Assembly: GCA_963775685.1 (NCBI GenBank)
Contig: CAVZJV010000014.1
Location: 96,001-160,000 of the forward strand
Reading direction: 5' to 3'
DNA length: 64,000 bases
From: Candidatus Bathyarchaeota archaeon
GTDB taxonomy: Archaea; Thermoproteota; Bathyarchaeia; Bathyarchaeales; Bathycorpusculaceae
Shown piece after piece: positions 20,578 through 33,232 of the stretch. The translations under genes were made by a program, and so were the position numbers. The notes under the pieces are model-generated. The model saw nothing but the letters and a program-made list of their open reading frames with translations. It was not told the DNA's origin and ran no database searches. Position 1 is the first letter of the stretch; the number at the start of each line of letters is the position of its first letter.

Positions 20578-21957
20578 ATGGTAGCCGAGAAAACTGAAGT
20601 TAAGCCAACCGTTGATGAGTTGCTTGCGAAAGCCAAAAAACCCGCGCAGCTTTCTCCAGCGATGCACCGTTTCTACGAGGGCAAGATGCAGGTTATTCCC
20701 AAATGCGCTATCCGAAACACGGACGATTTTGCCATCTGGTACACTCCAGGTGTCGCGGCGCCATGTAGAATAATCCAAGCTGATCCTGACAAATCTTTCG
20801 AGTTAACTAATCGTTGGAACTACGTTGCCGTCGTTACAGATGGGACGCGTGTTTTAGGTTTAGGCGATATCGGTCCTGAAGCGGCGTTGCCTGTTATGGA
20901 GGGAAAGGCGCTTTTGTTCAAGTACTTGGGCGGAGTGGATGCTTTTCCGATTTGTCTTAGAACTAAAGACCCAGACGAAATTGTGCGGATTTGCAAGGCA
21001 CTGGAGCCGTCGTTTGGGGGCATTAACCTTGAGGACATCGAGAAGCCCAAGTGTTTTCATGTTCTCGAAAAAGCTCGCGAACAGATGCAGGTGCCTGTGT
21101 GGCATGATGACCAGCAGGGAACTGCAACTGTTATCTTGGCAGGGCTGATGAACGCTTTTAAAATCGTTGGTAAGAAACCTAAAGAGAGCTTAATAACCTT
21201 GGTTGGTTCAGGAGCCGCCAACATACGCACAGCTTACGTGCTTATGAAATGGGGCGTTAAACCAGGAAACATAATTCTTGCCGACAGCAAAGGCGTCATA
21301 TACAAAGGCAGAGCCGACATAACCCAAGAAGAAGACCCCTGGAAATACGATGTAACCCAAAAAACCAACGGTGAAGGCAGAACAGGAGACATAACTGAAG
21401 CCTTCAAAGGCGTCGATGCAGTCGTGGCTGCTTCAAAACCAGGCCCCAACACCATAAAAAAAGAATGGATAAAAACCATGGCGACCGACGCAATATTTTT
21501 GCGTGTGCCAATCCGATTCCGGAGATTTGGCCTTGGGACGCCCAAGAAGCTGGAGCAAGAATTGTCGCAACGGGAAGAAGTGATTTTCCAAATCAAGTCA
21601 ACAACAGCCTTGGATTTCCAGGGATTTTCCGCGGTGTTCTTGACGTTAAAGCCAAAACCATTACAGATGACATGTGCATCGCGGCAGCAACGGAATTGGC
21701 AAATTATGCTGAAGAACGGGGGATGAGCGAAAAAGATATTTTGCCACGGATGGATGAGTGGGAGGTTTTTCCAAGAGAAGCTGTTGCGTGCGCCCTTAAA
21801 TCTATTGAGACAGGGTGTTGCCCGTGTGAAACCAAGTAGGCAGGAACTATACGAGCGAGCTTCAGCGATTATTAAAAATGCTCGGGACTCAACTGAACTG
21901 CTAATGAAGCATGGCTTGATTAAGAAGCCGCCAAGCGAGACAGAATTGCTGAAGTAA
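20578..21957 (+). CDS. NAD(P)-dependent malic enzyme; two frameshifts (near 21495 and 21810)
   Basis: [66 protein letters not shown]. Confidence 0.93.
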
Positions 21958-22012
21958 CTCTTCTAAAAGAGAAAAATAAAAAATTAAACGGTTTACAAAA
22001 AATAAAGGAAAA

Positions 22013-22283
22013 CTAAAGAGGCATTATTTTCACGATATTTCTTTTTTCAAGCCTTCGCAAGTGCATCAAGGCATTCGTCTTTCTTCTCGCCTGTAATGTT
22101 TAGGTTAAGCATTATGTCTTTAACAGAAATGCCTGGTTTGCCGAAATTCAAGTGACGTTTGTAGAGGTGCTTAACGATAGATTTTTCGAGTTTTCCGCAT
22201 CGCCAAGTAGTGTTCCGGATCAAAACAACTATGGTTTGGACAAGGGTCTGCTCGTTGGATTTTCTTCCTCGGTTTTCTTCCAA
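22013..22283 (-). CDS. Small winged-helix-like hypothetical protein; frameshift near the 3' end
   Basis: Correcting one base extends the ORF to ...DALRRLEKRNIVKIMPL*, a typical wHTH ending. Confidence 0.55.
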
Positions 22284-22357
22284 ATCTCCCCACCCTATAA
22301 TTTTTACGGGGGCAATTCATTTAAACGTTTGTTCATTTGTGGAAAGTGGGTTCTGAT

Positions 22358-22807
22358 TCACAGAGTTTTTTTGAGGTAGAAACCATGTTTTGTGCCATAG
22401 TATCTTTCTAGTTTACCAACTGTTTGGTAGCCCAGAGTTTGATAGAGTTTAATGGCTGCATGGTTGTCTTCGCGAACTTCAAGGCGAACCTCGTTTATGC
22501 CTTTTTGTTTTAGGATGCTTTCTATTTCGTGGAGCATTTTTGTTGCGATTTTTTGGCGTCGAAAGTTAGGTGCCACGTTTATTGTTATAATGTGTCCAAA
22601 TTCAGTGTTTTCTTCAACTTCAACCTGAACGATTATGAATCCGGCAAGGTTGACATTTGCCTTTGCCACTAATGCAATGGAGTTGTAGTCGGTTAGCAAG
22701 TAGGATATTTGGCGTTTGCTGAAGGCTTCTTGGTCAAAGCATTTCTCTTCGATTCGAAAGAGCTGGTCAAGGAGTTTGATAGTTGCAGTTTCAATTTTTA
22801 CTTCCAT
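22358..22807 (-). CDS. rimI: RimI/Ard1-like GNAT N-acetyltransferase
   Basis: GHIITINVAPNFRRQKIA, LEVREDNHAAIKLY, RYY. Confidence 0.85.
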   Translation of the reverse strand: MEVKIETATIKLLDQLFRIEEKCFDQEAFSKRQISYLLTDYNSIALVAKANVNLAGFIIVQVEVEENTEFGHIITINVAPNFRRQKIATKMLHEIESILKQKGINEVRLEVREDNHAAIKLYQTLGYQTVGKLERYYGTKHGFYLKKTL

Positions 22808-22831
22808 TTTGCTTGTCTATTATAGTTAGGG

Positions 22832-23911
22832 TTAAGGGAGAATTTTAGTTTTTTCTGTTTCCGCCGCTTGGGTCACTTGAGGTTTTAGTTCTAGGTATTG
22901 TTGGGCTCCAAAGCCAATGAAGAAACGGAACCAAAGAGTTATAATTCTCACAAGTATTGTTGCTGTGGCCGCTAAAGGACCATAAATTCCCATTGAAATG
23001 TAGAGGGTGGTCATAACGGCTTCGGGGAGTCCGACTTCAAAAGGTACACCAATTGGAATTGCTTTAACAGCTAAGAAAATAGCGGAAGTAACAATGATTA
23101 TGCTCCATGAAACAGGGTGGCCAAGTGAATAGAAAACAAGGTAAGGTATGCTTAAGCTAAAAAACCAAGACACAACTAGATAAAAACACTGAGCCCGCTA
23201 TGGTTTTTGGGTTATTACGGAACTCTTTCATCGAATCGTGAAAATGTGTGGTGACTTCGACGGCTTGTCCGGTTAGTTTGGTTAAGTTTACTTTTCCGAA
23301 AGTAAGTTTGTGGACAAAGTCGCGTTACAACATCAATAACTTTCAGGGTCCACTGCTGCTTGAAAGACAAAACGAGCATTAATCCAATTATTCCCACAAT
23401 TGCTGCAGCCACAATTATAATGGCGTTGAAGACTAATGGGTTAACATTTCCTCCTCTGGTAAGCAATATTATTCCTGCAACTAGGGCAACAACATTTAAC
23501 ACCATGCCTAAGAGCCTGTGGGTGAAGAGGGAGGCAACTATTTTTCCGAATGGACCGCATTTGTCTCTTGTACACAGGTATGTCCGGGTTAATTCTCCAC
23601 TTACGGATTGCGCTGGAACAATAGTGTCAACGTATATCCCATACCAAACGTAGAGGTAAGCTCTCATTACTGTCATTTTGATTTGGAGGTAGTTGGTTAA
23701 TACTCGCCATGATAGTGTGAAGAATAAAACTTCCAGTAAACCGAAAACAATTGCGACCATGTAAATGAGGGGGTCTGCGGTTTGTGCTTTGCTTATGATG
23801 TCTAAAATATCCACTTTGAAAAAGGTAAATGTAGAGAAAGAATCCGACTAAACCCAACAATGGGAAAACTATTGTCTTCCAAGTTAGCTTTGGCTTAGCG
23901 GGGGGTTCCAA
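22832..23911 (-). CDS. Lysylphosphatidylglycerol synthase TM-domain / flippase-like membrane protein (UPF0104); frameshifted
   Basis: Multi-TM; LSWRVL, VPAQSVSGELTR, IPIGVPFEVGLPEA, ATILVRIITLW across three ORFs. Confidence 0.8.
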
Positions 23912-24350
23912 TAGACTTTTTCACCAGCGTTTAACGGAGAGGTATAAACAAAGCAATTATATACTTTACCCAAATCTGAGCTTAAGTTTTTTTGCTTGAT
24001 TAAGCAAATGGACTTTGAAATACGTTTTTTTATAGCCCCTTCTTTGAACAGGAATAACCTTGAAGAATAAGGTTCCAAAAAATGCCAATGAAACTCTATC
24101 GTTCTTGGTCAACGCCATAATACCTAAACTCCGCTTGGAGTCACAAATAAGCTTTGCAGCTTATCTTTTCTTTTTAGTCGACAATCAAATATGCCTTCAT
24201 CAATGAGTTTGAACCTCAAACGTCATGGAAAAATTGTTCTAGTAGAAATATGAATTCTGTATTCAGATTCTCAAGTCGTAACGATATTATATATAGTCAG
24301 TCAAAATTGGGTAGCAATACCCAAAATATAGGAAAGGTTGAACACCAAAA

Positions 24351-25248
24351 ATGGCACTCGCAATGGAAAACAACGCTTTAATGAAAATCTATAATAAACA
24401 GACCGATGCATGGAAACTAGTTAAAAACAGAGACCAAAACTACAGTAAACAACTGACAACCATCGAAGAAACACTTACCAGGTTCGGGCTCCTCAAAAAT
24501 GAAATCAGAGTCTACATGTACCTTGCACGAGCTGGAGAAAAGAAAGCTGGAGAAATAGCTGAGGCAATCTCGCTTCACCGCACGGAAACATACAGAATTC
24601 TACGCGACTTAGAAAAGAAAGGGATAGTTTTCTCCATTTTCGAGAAACCGTTAAAATTCACCGCAGTTGCTCTTGGACAAAGCTATTGATTTGCTTGTTG
24701 ATGCCCAAAAAATAAAGATTAAGCTCTTAGAACAAGAAAAAGCAAGCCTCGTTGAACTCTGGCAATCCATGCCTCAGCCGAAAGTTGAAGCTTCCAAAAA
24801 AGAACTCTTTCAAATGCTCGAGGGTGAACAACAGGTGCTCATGAAAGCAAATGAATTGCTTGAAAAAACCGAGGAAAAATTCCAGGTGTTCGCTTCAGCC
24901 GATTATCTTTCAGAACTCTACTACAACGATTTCTCGGACAAACTAAAAAGTCAAGCTGACAAAGTCGAGGTTACCCTAGTAACTGACAGCTCGCTGAAAA
25001 GCGCTTACTTCATCGGTCAAATGCAATGGTTAAGTGAATCCCACAAAATTGATGACAAGCAAAATCTGCCATGCTTCATGATCTCAGACAACAAAGAAGT
25101 GATGATTGCATTTCACGAAAAAGACAACGAAAGCGAAGATGACGTGAAAAAGAAGTACAGAACTGCCGCTATATGGACTAACTACAGCGCCCTTAGTAAA
25201 CACTCTGCAAATGCTATTCTCAAAACTTGTCTAAGAATAAACAATTAG
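24351..25248 (+). CDS. TrmB-family transcriptional regulator; frameshift near 24670
   Basis: FGLLKNEIRVYMYL...TYRILRDLEKKGIV...KPLKFTAV wHTH, followed by an effector domain. Confidence 0.88.
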
Positions 25249-25260
25249 ATCTTTTTTAAA

Positions 25261-26612
25261 CTAAATTTTCTTTTCCCTTTTGACCCTGAGCTTAAATACC
25301 CAAAGCAAAGCTGCAAGTAAAATAGCAACAACAGTTGCCGAATAAACTATAACTTGAAAACTTAAAGTTGCATTAGTGTTTAGAGCAACGTCAAAGTTTT
25401 ACTATGGAAAAATCGTATTTTGCTTTGCCTATTAATTCAGGTTGACCTATCGGGTCAGTCCAGCCAACCATAAAATACGAGTTCTTGCCTTCATCGATTA
25501 CTGTGTAGGCTTCTTGAAACCCCTGATCGCCCTGAGTGCAACTCCACAAAACCTGTCCTGCATTGTTGATTTTGAACAGCCAAAAATCTCTGTTCCCCGA
25601 GCCGAAGGAAAAGGTAAATCCAGCGACTAAGTAACTGCCATCTTTTGAGTTGACAACGTAGGCTGCTGAATCCGCGTCTTTTCCGCCGACTGATTTGTTC
25701 CATATCATGTTTCCAGCCGAGTCAATTTTGACTACCCAAGCATCGGTTGAGTGTTCTGCTGCTGGATGTCGCCGACTATTATATAGCCGTCATTTGCTTT
25801 CGATATGGAATATGCTTTTTGACTTTCTGCACCGCCATAAGTGTCTTTCCAAACAACATTACCGTAGGCGTTGAGTTCCATGAGGTAGAAATCATAGTTT
25901 CCATCACTTTTAGAATCCGTATACCCGGCCACCACATAATCCCCATCTTGCGTTACTACGCCGGATCGTGCAGCGCTGTCAGCGGATTCGCCATAAAGTC
26001 TACTCCAAACAACATTCCCGTCGAAAGCAAGTTTAACTATCCAAGCAGAAGATTTTCCGTCAATGCTCGAAGAACTTAACCCAAAAAGTACAAAGCCATC
26101 TGAAGTTGCAAGCCCAGAGAAGAGCTTATTTGTTGTTCCCTCATCTAATATTTTCGTCCACTGCAAATCACCTTGGTTATCTATCCGCGCAACATAGCCA
26201 CTAACTTGCCCCGACACAAAAAACTCGTTTCCAACTAGCAAATAACCATTCGTCAAATTCACAGCATAACGAAGCTCCGTTCCCCAACCTTCAAGGAAAG
26301 TTTTGTTCCACAAAGCATCACCTTCTCTGTTGAGCTTTAAAGCCCAGCCAACAGTTGCATTTGCAACTATAGACCGTGAGGAACCAACCACCAAATAACC
26401 ATCGATTATCGGTAATGCGTAGAATGCGCGGTCATCAGCTGCGTCCTCCATAGGTTTTTGCCCAGATAACGTTTGCAGCAGGAACACTCAATCGAGTGTT
26501 ATCGTCAACTTTTAGTGGGATAGTGATTTGGGCGGCGCTGACGCTTTAGGGTTAATACAATCAAAGTGACCAGTAGGGCAACAATTATATTTATGGTTTT
26601 AATTTGCTTCAT
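25261..26612 (-). CDS. Secreted beta-propeller-repeat surface protein with a C-terminal TM anchor; several frameshifts
   Basis: Signal peptide MKQIKTINIIVALLVTLIV; repeats of W/YxxKxDxxGxxxWxKxYGG; frame-corrected tail VIVYSATVVAILLAALLWVFKLRVKREKKI*. Confidence 0.75.
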
Positions 26613-26650
26613 CTTCGGTTTCCACTTGTTGGTTAGCACTATATTTATTG

Positions 26651-27414
26651 TTACATGCTGGTGCATGTTAGGTTTGCTCCTACAAATATGCCTCGCTGAT
26701 CTTGACACAGCACCGAAACTGCCAAAGGTTCGTTAAGCTGAGAAGTTTCTGCATTAAAGGACATCGTGTATGTTCCATTGCCAAAACTGTTGATAATTTG
26801 GCGAATCCACTGCAATCCAATTCGTTGTGTTCTGATAAGAAACAGCGTAGTTCTGACATTAACGCAGGTTTGCCATCGTTTTTGAAAGTGAATGTGAGGT
26901 TAACTTGTTTTGTAGTATCGTCGAGTTGGCGGTAGCTTCCTGTCAAGTTAACTTGTGAGGTTACGTTTATTTCGTATTCTATGTTAGAAGTCGCTGAGGG
27001 GCTGGAAGAGGCAAAAGCAAACGAGGCAAAAGCGCTTGAGATGCCTTGACCGTTTGCGCCCCAAGAAATCCATATGCCGTTTTGGTAGTTACTTGAGTTT
27101 AGAGTATTGTAATCCATGGTAAGCATGGCTTGGTAGGAGTTTGAGAGAAGCACAGTTTTCAATTCATTAAGGTCCAATGTCAAAACTGCAGAGTTGCCCC
27201 CGTCGGTTGCGTTTGCTAAGGCGCTAATCAATGTGCTTCTTAAGGCTTGTTTGTATCCGGAAAAAACGTTGACTTCGTTCGAGTCCATAGTCGGTACTTC
27301 TTTTCCAACTTCAATGACATAAAGCGCAGTGGAAAGCATGAGCAGTGCTACGAGCAAAGCGGAAACTATGAGCACTTGACCTGAACGGTTACGATTAAAA
27401 ATGTGTTTCTCCAT
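26651..27414 (-). CDS. Minor pilin-like protein (class III signal NRSG|QVLIV); 3' frameshifts
   Basis: ATG at 27414 inside the fused track ORF; basic leader, G|Q cleavage site, hydrophobic helix. Confidence 0.7.
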
Positions 27415-27416
27415 GA

Positions 27417-27840
27417 CTAGTCCAACACCGCCAACTGCAAGTTGCAGAACATAAATTGTAAACGTGCTGTCTTGGCCAACACAAACATAGCTGAAAGAAA
27501 CAATGTTGCCGCTGATGGCTCCCCCATTAGATATAGGAACCTCGTTTAGGATGTTTTGGTTTTTATCGAATACGGTTAGGTTAAACCATGTCGTAAGGGG
27601 CAAAGCAGATTCTACGCTCTTCCCAAGCTTCTCCCAGTCATGGTTATCAACTAGGTTTGCCAGATGTCCGTCGCCGTCTAAAGTCAAAAGTACGTTCTCT
27701 GCTTTCCAAGCCAGATTTACCGAGGCGTTTCTGGGGGTATCCTGCGCTGGAATTAGCGCCAAGCAAGATAGCATTAGCATTGATGCAAAGAAAGCTTCGA
27801 TAACACGCACTTGTCCTTTTTTGTGGGTAAGCAATCTCAT
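27417..27840 (-). CDS. Minor pilin-like protein (class III signal HKKG|QVRVIEA)
   Basis: KKG|QxxxxE motif plus hydrophobic helix; a one-base correction gives a stop at 27417-27419 just before the next ATG. Confidence 0.72.
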
Positions 27841-28884
27841 TGCGGCGTGTCTCCTAAACTTAAATCAAGTCTGTAGAGTACTCCGTTGATGGTTATGATG
27901 TAGCTAAAGATGTTTTGTTCTTGGTTCTCGAAGTCTGCTCCAGCTTTCATTGGAACCTGAGGATAGGTAGTCCAAATCTGAACATACACACTCTCGTTGA
28001 AACCCCCAACAACAAGTACGGACGGGCTTTTATCGATTAAATTTGGAATCAGGTACTCATCTGGTGTTTGAGTGGAAGACAAATTCTGATTGTTGGAATA
28101 TGAGAAAAGGTGGACGCTACAATTTGCTAGAACCTGATTATTTGTCGTTATGTCCAATGTGTGATTAATTGGGTTTAACATTAGAGTACTTTCATTTGCT
28201 GCCGCTTCTTGGATTGAATTGGCAAAGTTGTAGACTCCATATGAGGTTACTCTATCATCAAAAGAAGCTCTGGCAAAAACAGTCAACAAAGCACTATCGA
28301 CTTTTACACTTGGAATTTGAAGTGTAACCGTTCCAAGTCCCATGATTGATGAGCTTCCGTTTGTGACGGTCACATAATTGTTTGCCATGATGTACCCATT
28401 TATGGTTGTGCTTGTGGGTTTTGAATCGATGCTTGTTAATAATTGGAAGATAAATATAATGTCACTGCCAATAGTAGAATTACTTAATTGCGAAATTTTT
28501 ACAGTCATAAGTTGAGAAACCGAAACGCCTACTGCTATGTTGTTTATTTGGGTAGCATTTAACATTTCAGCGATATGATAACGAGTAATTATTTAATCTA
28601 TTTAATCGGGTAATTTTGTCGATGTCTACTTGGTAGGAGTAGGTTGGATCACTTGAGGCTAAACCGAAGTCGGATGGCAGGGCGCTACTTGTTCCCCAAT
28701 TGATAGGGACTCCAGGTTTTGTTACGATGCGGTCAGCTAATGCTTTTAGATAATTGTCTTTGTTAATGTCTTGTGTGCTAACGATTCTTGTTTGCAAAGT
28801 TGAACCCAAGAAAGCCATGCCTATGAGCGCCGCTGCTACAAGGATTGTACAGGCAAAGAAAGTATCAAACGAACTCGTTGGCAA
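27837..28884 (-). CDS. Pilus-associated exported protein (minor pilin-like); frameshift near 28567
   Basis: SSFDTFFACTILVAAALIG N-terminal helix; LADRIVTKPGVPINWG...FGLA motif typical of archaeal T4P accessory proteins. Confidence 0.65.
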
Positions 28885-28897
28885 ACATTGCTTCTCC

Positions 28898-30409
28898 TTA
28901 GGTTATCGGTTTTAGTCCTCCCATAGTGAAAATACCTGAGAGTAGAGCTTCAGAAGCAACTAATGAAATATAAGCGGTTAACGCTAACAAAGCGGAATGT
29001 TTGAATCCGGCGCCAAAGTTGCCTTCGCTGATTTTTCCGATAAAGAAACCTGAAATCCAGCATTGAAGTATTATTCCTACGGAAAATATCTTGAGTTGGT
29101 CATTCATGGCCATCGTGGCCGCTGCTGCCAAATCGGAGCTAACTACACCTGTCATCATAGTAGTGGTCAAAGCCACAATTGTTGTGGTTATAGCGATTAA
29201 TGCACTCCACATAAAAGCCAAAAGAATGTACGGTTTCAAAAGTGCTCTGCGGTTAACCTGCATTTCCCTTTCTTTTTCACTATATTCCGACAGAATCTCT
29301 AAGGATTGAATTGAGTTTCCACCAATTTCAATGGTTTCCACAATCATAGCAAAGTTGACAATGACAAACCAACTTCTTATTTCCTTGCGTATATTTTCGA
29401 AGGTACGTCTCAAGGGGATTCCCCATTCGATTTGGCTACGGATCAAATCAAGAAACTTTGAGAAGGGCCCATAATCTTTTCGTTTGGTTGCTTGGATTAT
29501 GCTTTTTTCAGGCGAGAGACCCGTTTTTTGAGATTCCGTTATATCTCGGATGAAACTGGGGATGGATTCTTCAGCGTTATAGTTTATTTTTGAAATTCGG
29601 TGGTATTGGTAAGCTAAAGGGATTGAAGCAGCAACTAGGCCGATTGTTGTAATTTCAGGCAAACCAATAGGTTTGATTACGTCTGAGCCAATTAATCCGA
29701 AAACTCCAATTACCGCAAACACTGGGATTATGAAGATTAACGCTTTTTTGTATAGATCCTTGAGGTCTGGAAAAGCACTTTTTTGCATGTTATGCGCCAT
29801 TAAAATAAAAATCCCCGACATTACAGGCATTATAATAAACGCAATTAAGTAAGACATAATTGGAGAAATTGAAGCTGAAGAGCCTGAAATTAATTCCGAG
29901 ACACTTGACGATGAGAAAACGACAAAGAGAATATAGGTACACAATACTACAATCAGCATTACTGAGTAAGCTTCAACTATTGCCGCAATTCTTTCGATTT
30001 GACGGTTCAGATTGATGTATCGCAGTTCGAAGATCGTTTTTAACTGACTTTTCATGTAATCAGCCAATTTTCCTCCGCTTCGAACTGAGGAAACAAAGCC
30101 CCCAAGAAAGCTCCGATATAATTTAGAATTAGTCACTTCTGCCCGCTGGTGCATGACAGTTAAGGGGTCTTTTCCTAATACCTCAACTTGACGAACAACT
30201 TCATCAGCTTCCTTCTTAAAAATTTGAAGAAAAGACAGTTTCCGCATTTTTTTCCAGCTATCATATGGTGAAATTCCACTTGCAGCCATAAGGGTAAAAA
30301 TCATAACTGCAAATGGCAACTCAGCCTCAGTTTTCTCTCGTTCTTCGCTAGTAGCTCTATTTAAGAGACCGAAGATTTTGCCGAGGGGTCCACCAGAAGC
30401 CTTTTTCAC
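28898..30409 (-). CDS. Type IV pilus/type II secretion membrane platform protein (TadC/FlaJ-like, two T2SSF domains)
   Basis: ELPFAVMIFTLMAASG and ESIPSFIRDITESQKTG repeats; GFFIGKISEGNFGAGFKH. Confidence 0.9.
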   Translation of the reverse strand: MKKASGGPLGKIFGLLNRATSEEREKTEAELPFAVMIFTLMAASGISPYDSWKKMRKLSFLQIFKKEADEVVRQVEVLGKDPLTVMHQRAEVTNSKLYRSFLGGFVSSVRSGGKLADYMKSQLKTIFELRYINLNRQIERIAAIVEAYSVMLIVVLCTYILFVVFSSSSVSELISGSSASISPIMSYLIAFIIMPVMSGIFILMAHNMQKSAFPDLKDLYKKALIFIIPVFAVIGVFGLIGSDVIKPIGLPEITTIGLVAASIPLAYQYHRISKINYNAEESIPSFIRDITESQKTGLSPEKSIIQATKRKDYGPFSKFLDLIRSQIEWGIPLRRTFENIRKEIRSWFVIVNFAMIVETIEIGGNSIQSLEILSEYSEKEREMQVNRRALLKPYILLAFMWSALIAITTTIVALTTTMMTGVVSSDLAAAATMAMNDQLKIFSVGIILQCWISGFFIGKISEGNFGAGFKHSALLALTAYISLVASEALLSGIFTMGGLKPIT

Positions 30410-30412
30410 TAT

Positions 30413-32012
30413 TTACTGCACCTTTGATTCTTCGTTCGTAGCGACTAAATTCGCGAGGTTAACGGAGCTGTTCAATGCCTTGTGCACACTTCTGAAGTCA
30501 CGCAGGTTTTTTTCAACCATACTTAACAAGATTTGTTTTCTGCGTTCAAACTCTTGCTGAACAACACTTAAAGGAGCATCAAGATTTTGAGCAATTTTTG
30601 ACAGCAAGTAACTTTTGTCTAAATCCATGTGGAATGTATCGGATGAAAGATTCCAATTGAAAACTTCGCGGGGAATACCACTGTTGTCGATTTCTGCAAC
30701 TTTGACGATTTTTCTCATAGATTTCTTTCGTTCACGGAGGTTTATGCCTGATGTATTTACTTGTTTAACAACAATTACGCAGTTCATGAGTGACAGAATA
30801 CTTTGGGGTATGTTCATTGGCGGCTGTGTTAAACGTTTAATTACTGTTTCCACGTCGTCAGCATGCATCGTACATAATCCACCGTGACCTGTAGCTAAGG
30901 CTTGAAACAGAACGTATGCCTCTTCGCCTCTGATTTCACCTACAAGAATTAAGGCAGGTCTGTGTCTAACAGCTGACTTGATTAGGTCATAGAGCGTGAC
31001 TTCACCATCGCTGTCTCCTCCAAAGCCAGTTCTTGCAATGGTTGAAACCCAGTTCTCTTGGGGGAGGTTAATTTCTTGGACCTCCTCTACGGAGATCATT
31101 TTAAAATCAGGTCGCACCAAACATGCAATCGCGTTCAAAGCGGTTGTTTTTCCAGCTCCTGTAGGTCCTACGACCATGACGGACATTTTGTTTTCCATAA
31201 GCATCCAGAGATAGGCTGCGATTGCTTCATCAATTGTTTCATTCATTATTAGATCTACGATTGTAAGGGGGTCTTCTTTGAATTTTCTTATGGTGAAGCT
31301 TGTTCCTGCAGGGGTTGTTTCTTTTCCGAACGATACTGCCAGTCGGTGTTTTCCTGGAAGAGTCAAATCCACAATTGGATGGGCTATGCTTACATGTTTG
31401 CCTTGCCTATGTACTATTCGAGTTATGAAATCGTCGAGTTCTTCCTCGTCAGTGAAAATGAGATTGGTACGTGTGCTATGCATATTTTCTGTGGTAAATA
31501 TAAACGGGTTTGTCTATTCCTAAACAACTAATATCTTCGATGTATGGATCACTTATGAGACCATCGATTTTTCCGTACCCTATTAAGTCTTTTTCGAGAT
31601 AATAGAATATTTTTCTTAAACCGATTTGGCTTGTTCCATCAAGAGCTTCTTTGTGTTGATCTATTATCGTGGGAAGTTGTCTACGAAAAGAATCGACCAA
31701 TGTTTCGTCTATCCTTGGGGCTTTGAGTTCATACTCAAGAATATTCTTTAACCGTTTGTAGGATTCCCTTTCCTTTTTTGACATGGGCAAGTCATCGACG
31801 ACATAAAAGAAGCCTCCTTCTGAATCATCTTGAAAAATCCATGCATATGAAAAAGGCGGATTAAGAGGATAACTTTCAATTTGAGTGAAACCCTCCGGCA
31901 CCTGGTAGCCTTGGATACCTAAGTAGGCTACGAGTTCTTCATCAGGAGTTTCTTGTTTTTCCGGAATTTCCTCTGTTTTCTTTTTCCCTAACTTCATCTT
32001 GTTCTCACTCAC
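30413..32012 (-). CDS. Type IV pilus assembly ATPase (VirB11/TadA/FlaI family); frameshift near 31480
   Basis: DPYIEDISC, TIRKF, GPTGAGKTT Walker A, SVEEVQEI, RHRPALILVGEIRGEEA, ATGHGGLCTMHA. Confidence 0.93.
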
Positions 32013-32448
32013 TTGTTAATATTAAAGTTGCAATTTGGTTCTCAAAATGGCATTGGAGTTCTGCTCTTCCTGAACTGCTAATGAAGATGCCTGATGCATT
32101 AACGGTTGCAGGTATGTTTACATGTAGTTCACTTGAGGTAACGGTTGTTCCAAACCCTGACTCAACCCACGCACCTGATGAATCGTTTGATATTTGTATC
32201 CAGAATATTTGATTACCAACTTGTGAAGGGATATCAAGAGATCGAGTTGAGTTCTGGATGTTTTCTGTATTATGTGATAATAAAGTTAAGCTTTGTGTTG
32301 CTATATATTCATCGATGTTTTTTAGTTGCTGGTTTGCAGCTTGATTTTTTATGTTTAAAGTTACAACGCTGCAACTGTAAACAATAATGGACCCAACCAA
32401 GAGGGCTGCAAAAAGCGAATACACGTAGCCGGGAATTATCGTTGGCAT
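32005..32448 (-). CDS. Minor pilin-like protein
   Basis: N-terminal hydrophobic helix, amphipathic helix QQLKNIDEYIA, LDIPSQVGNQIFWIQI; operon context. Confidence 0.65.
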   Translation of the reverse strand: MPTIIPGYVYSLFAALLVGSIIVYSCSVVTLNIKNQAANQQLKNIDEYIATQSLTLLSHNTENIQNSTRSLDIPSQVGNQIFWIQISNDSSGAWVESGFGTTVTSSELHVNIPATVNASGIFISSSGRAELQCHFENQIATLILTSE

Positions 32449-32449
32449 A

Positions 32450-33232
32450 TTAGCGGATCCACCTCTGGATTGAAACGTTGGAAATGACGATTTCTAAGTT
32501 GATGACTGCTCCTTGAGGTGTGTTTGAAATTGGGATTAAAACACGGCCAATTGTATTGTCTAGAACCGAAGTTACGAGCAATGATTTGGCTGCAGACGAT
32601 ACTTCATAATTTTTGGAGATTAATTGTGTCGTAGTGCAGGATATTTGAAGGGGAAGTTCTCCAAATAATGATATGCTGCTTGAAGAATTTAAGTTAACGA
32701 TATGGATTCTTATATTGTTGACTACTTTGTTGTTTTCCAATCCGGCAATCGCATATGTTACTAGTGGACGAAAACGCAATTGGATTTCAGGGTGCTCGTT
32801 TCCTCTTTGTATGCACATCTGACTCATCGATGAACCGCTTTGGTTAATTATAGATCGGCTATCACCTTTGAGATACAATCCTATATTTGATGACCTTGAA
32901 GAAGGCAATTCATAGATGATTTTGCCAACTGATGCGTTAAATATTGTTTCTAGGACCTCTGAGTTGACACTAATGTTGATGACTAATGCATTGCTAGTAG
33001 GTTTGATACTTGTTTGTCCGCCCGAATCTGACAAATCGAAAGTCCTTGAGGTGCCAGGCTGAAACAAAGTCGATAGAACAGCATCATTTAGCGATATGAG
33101 ATTTTGTTTCGCTGTGGAAACTTTGAGAGTTTGACTTTGGGAGTTGATTCTTTCAACTGAAAAGGCGTAAGTAACCGAGATGATGCCCATTGTTGTGACA
33201 AAAAGAATGAGAAATGTGACTGGTAAAGCCAA
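32450..33232 (-). CDS. Minor pilin-like protein
   Basis: ALPVTFLILFVTTMGIISVTY helix followed by beta-rich domain; operon context. Confidence 0.65.
   Translation of the reverse strand: MALPVTFLILFVTTMGIISVTYAFSVERINSQSQTLKVSTAKQNLISLNDAVLSTLFQPGTSRTFDLSDSGGQTSIKPTSNALVINISVNSEVLETIFNASVGKIIYELPSSRSSNIGLYLKGDSRSIINQSGSSMSQMCIQRGNEHPEIQLRFRPLVTYAIAGLENNKVVNNIRIHIVNLNSSSSISLFGELPLQISCTTTQLISKNYEVSSAAKSLLVTSVLDNTIGRVLIPISNTPQGAVINLEIVISNVSIQRWIR

Noticed and set aside
26680-27840. Apparent 386-aa double-pilin fusion
   Set aside because: It has an internal ATG with its own class III signal, and a one-base correction restores a stop at 27417; most likely two genes joined by an indel.
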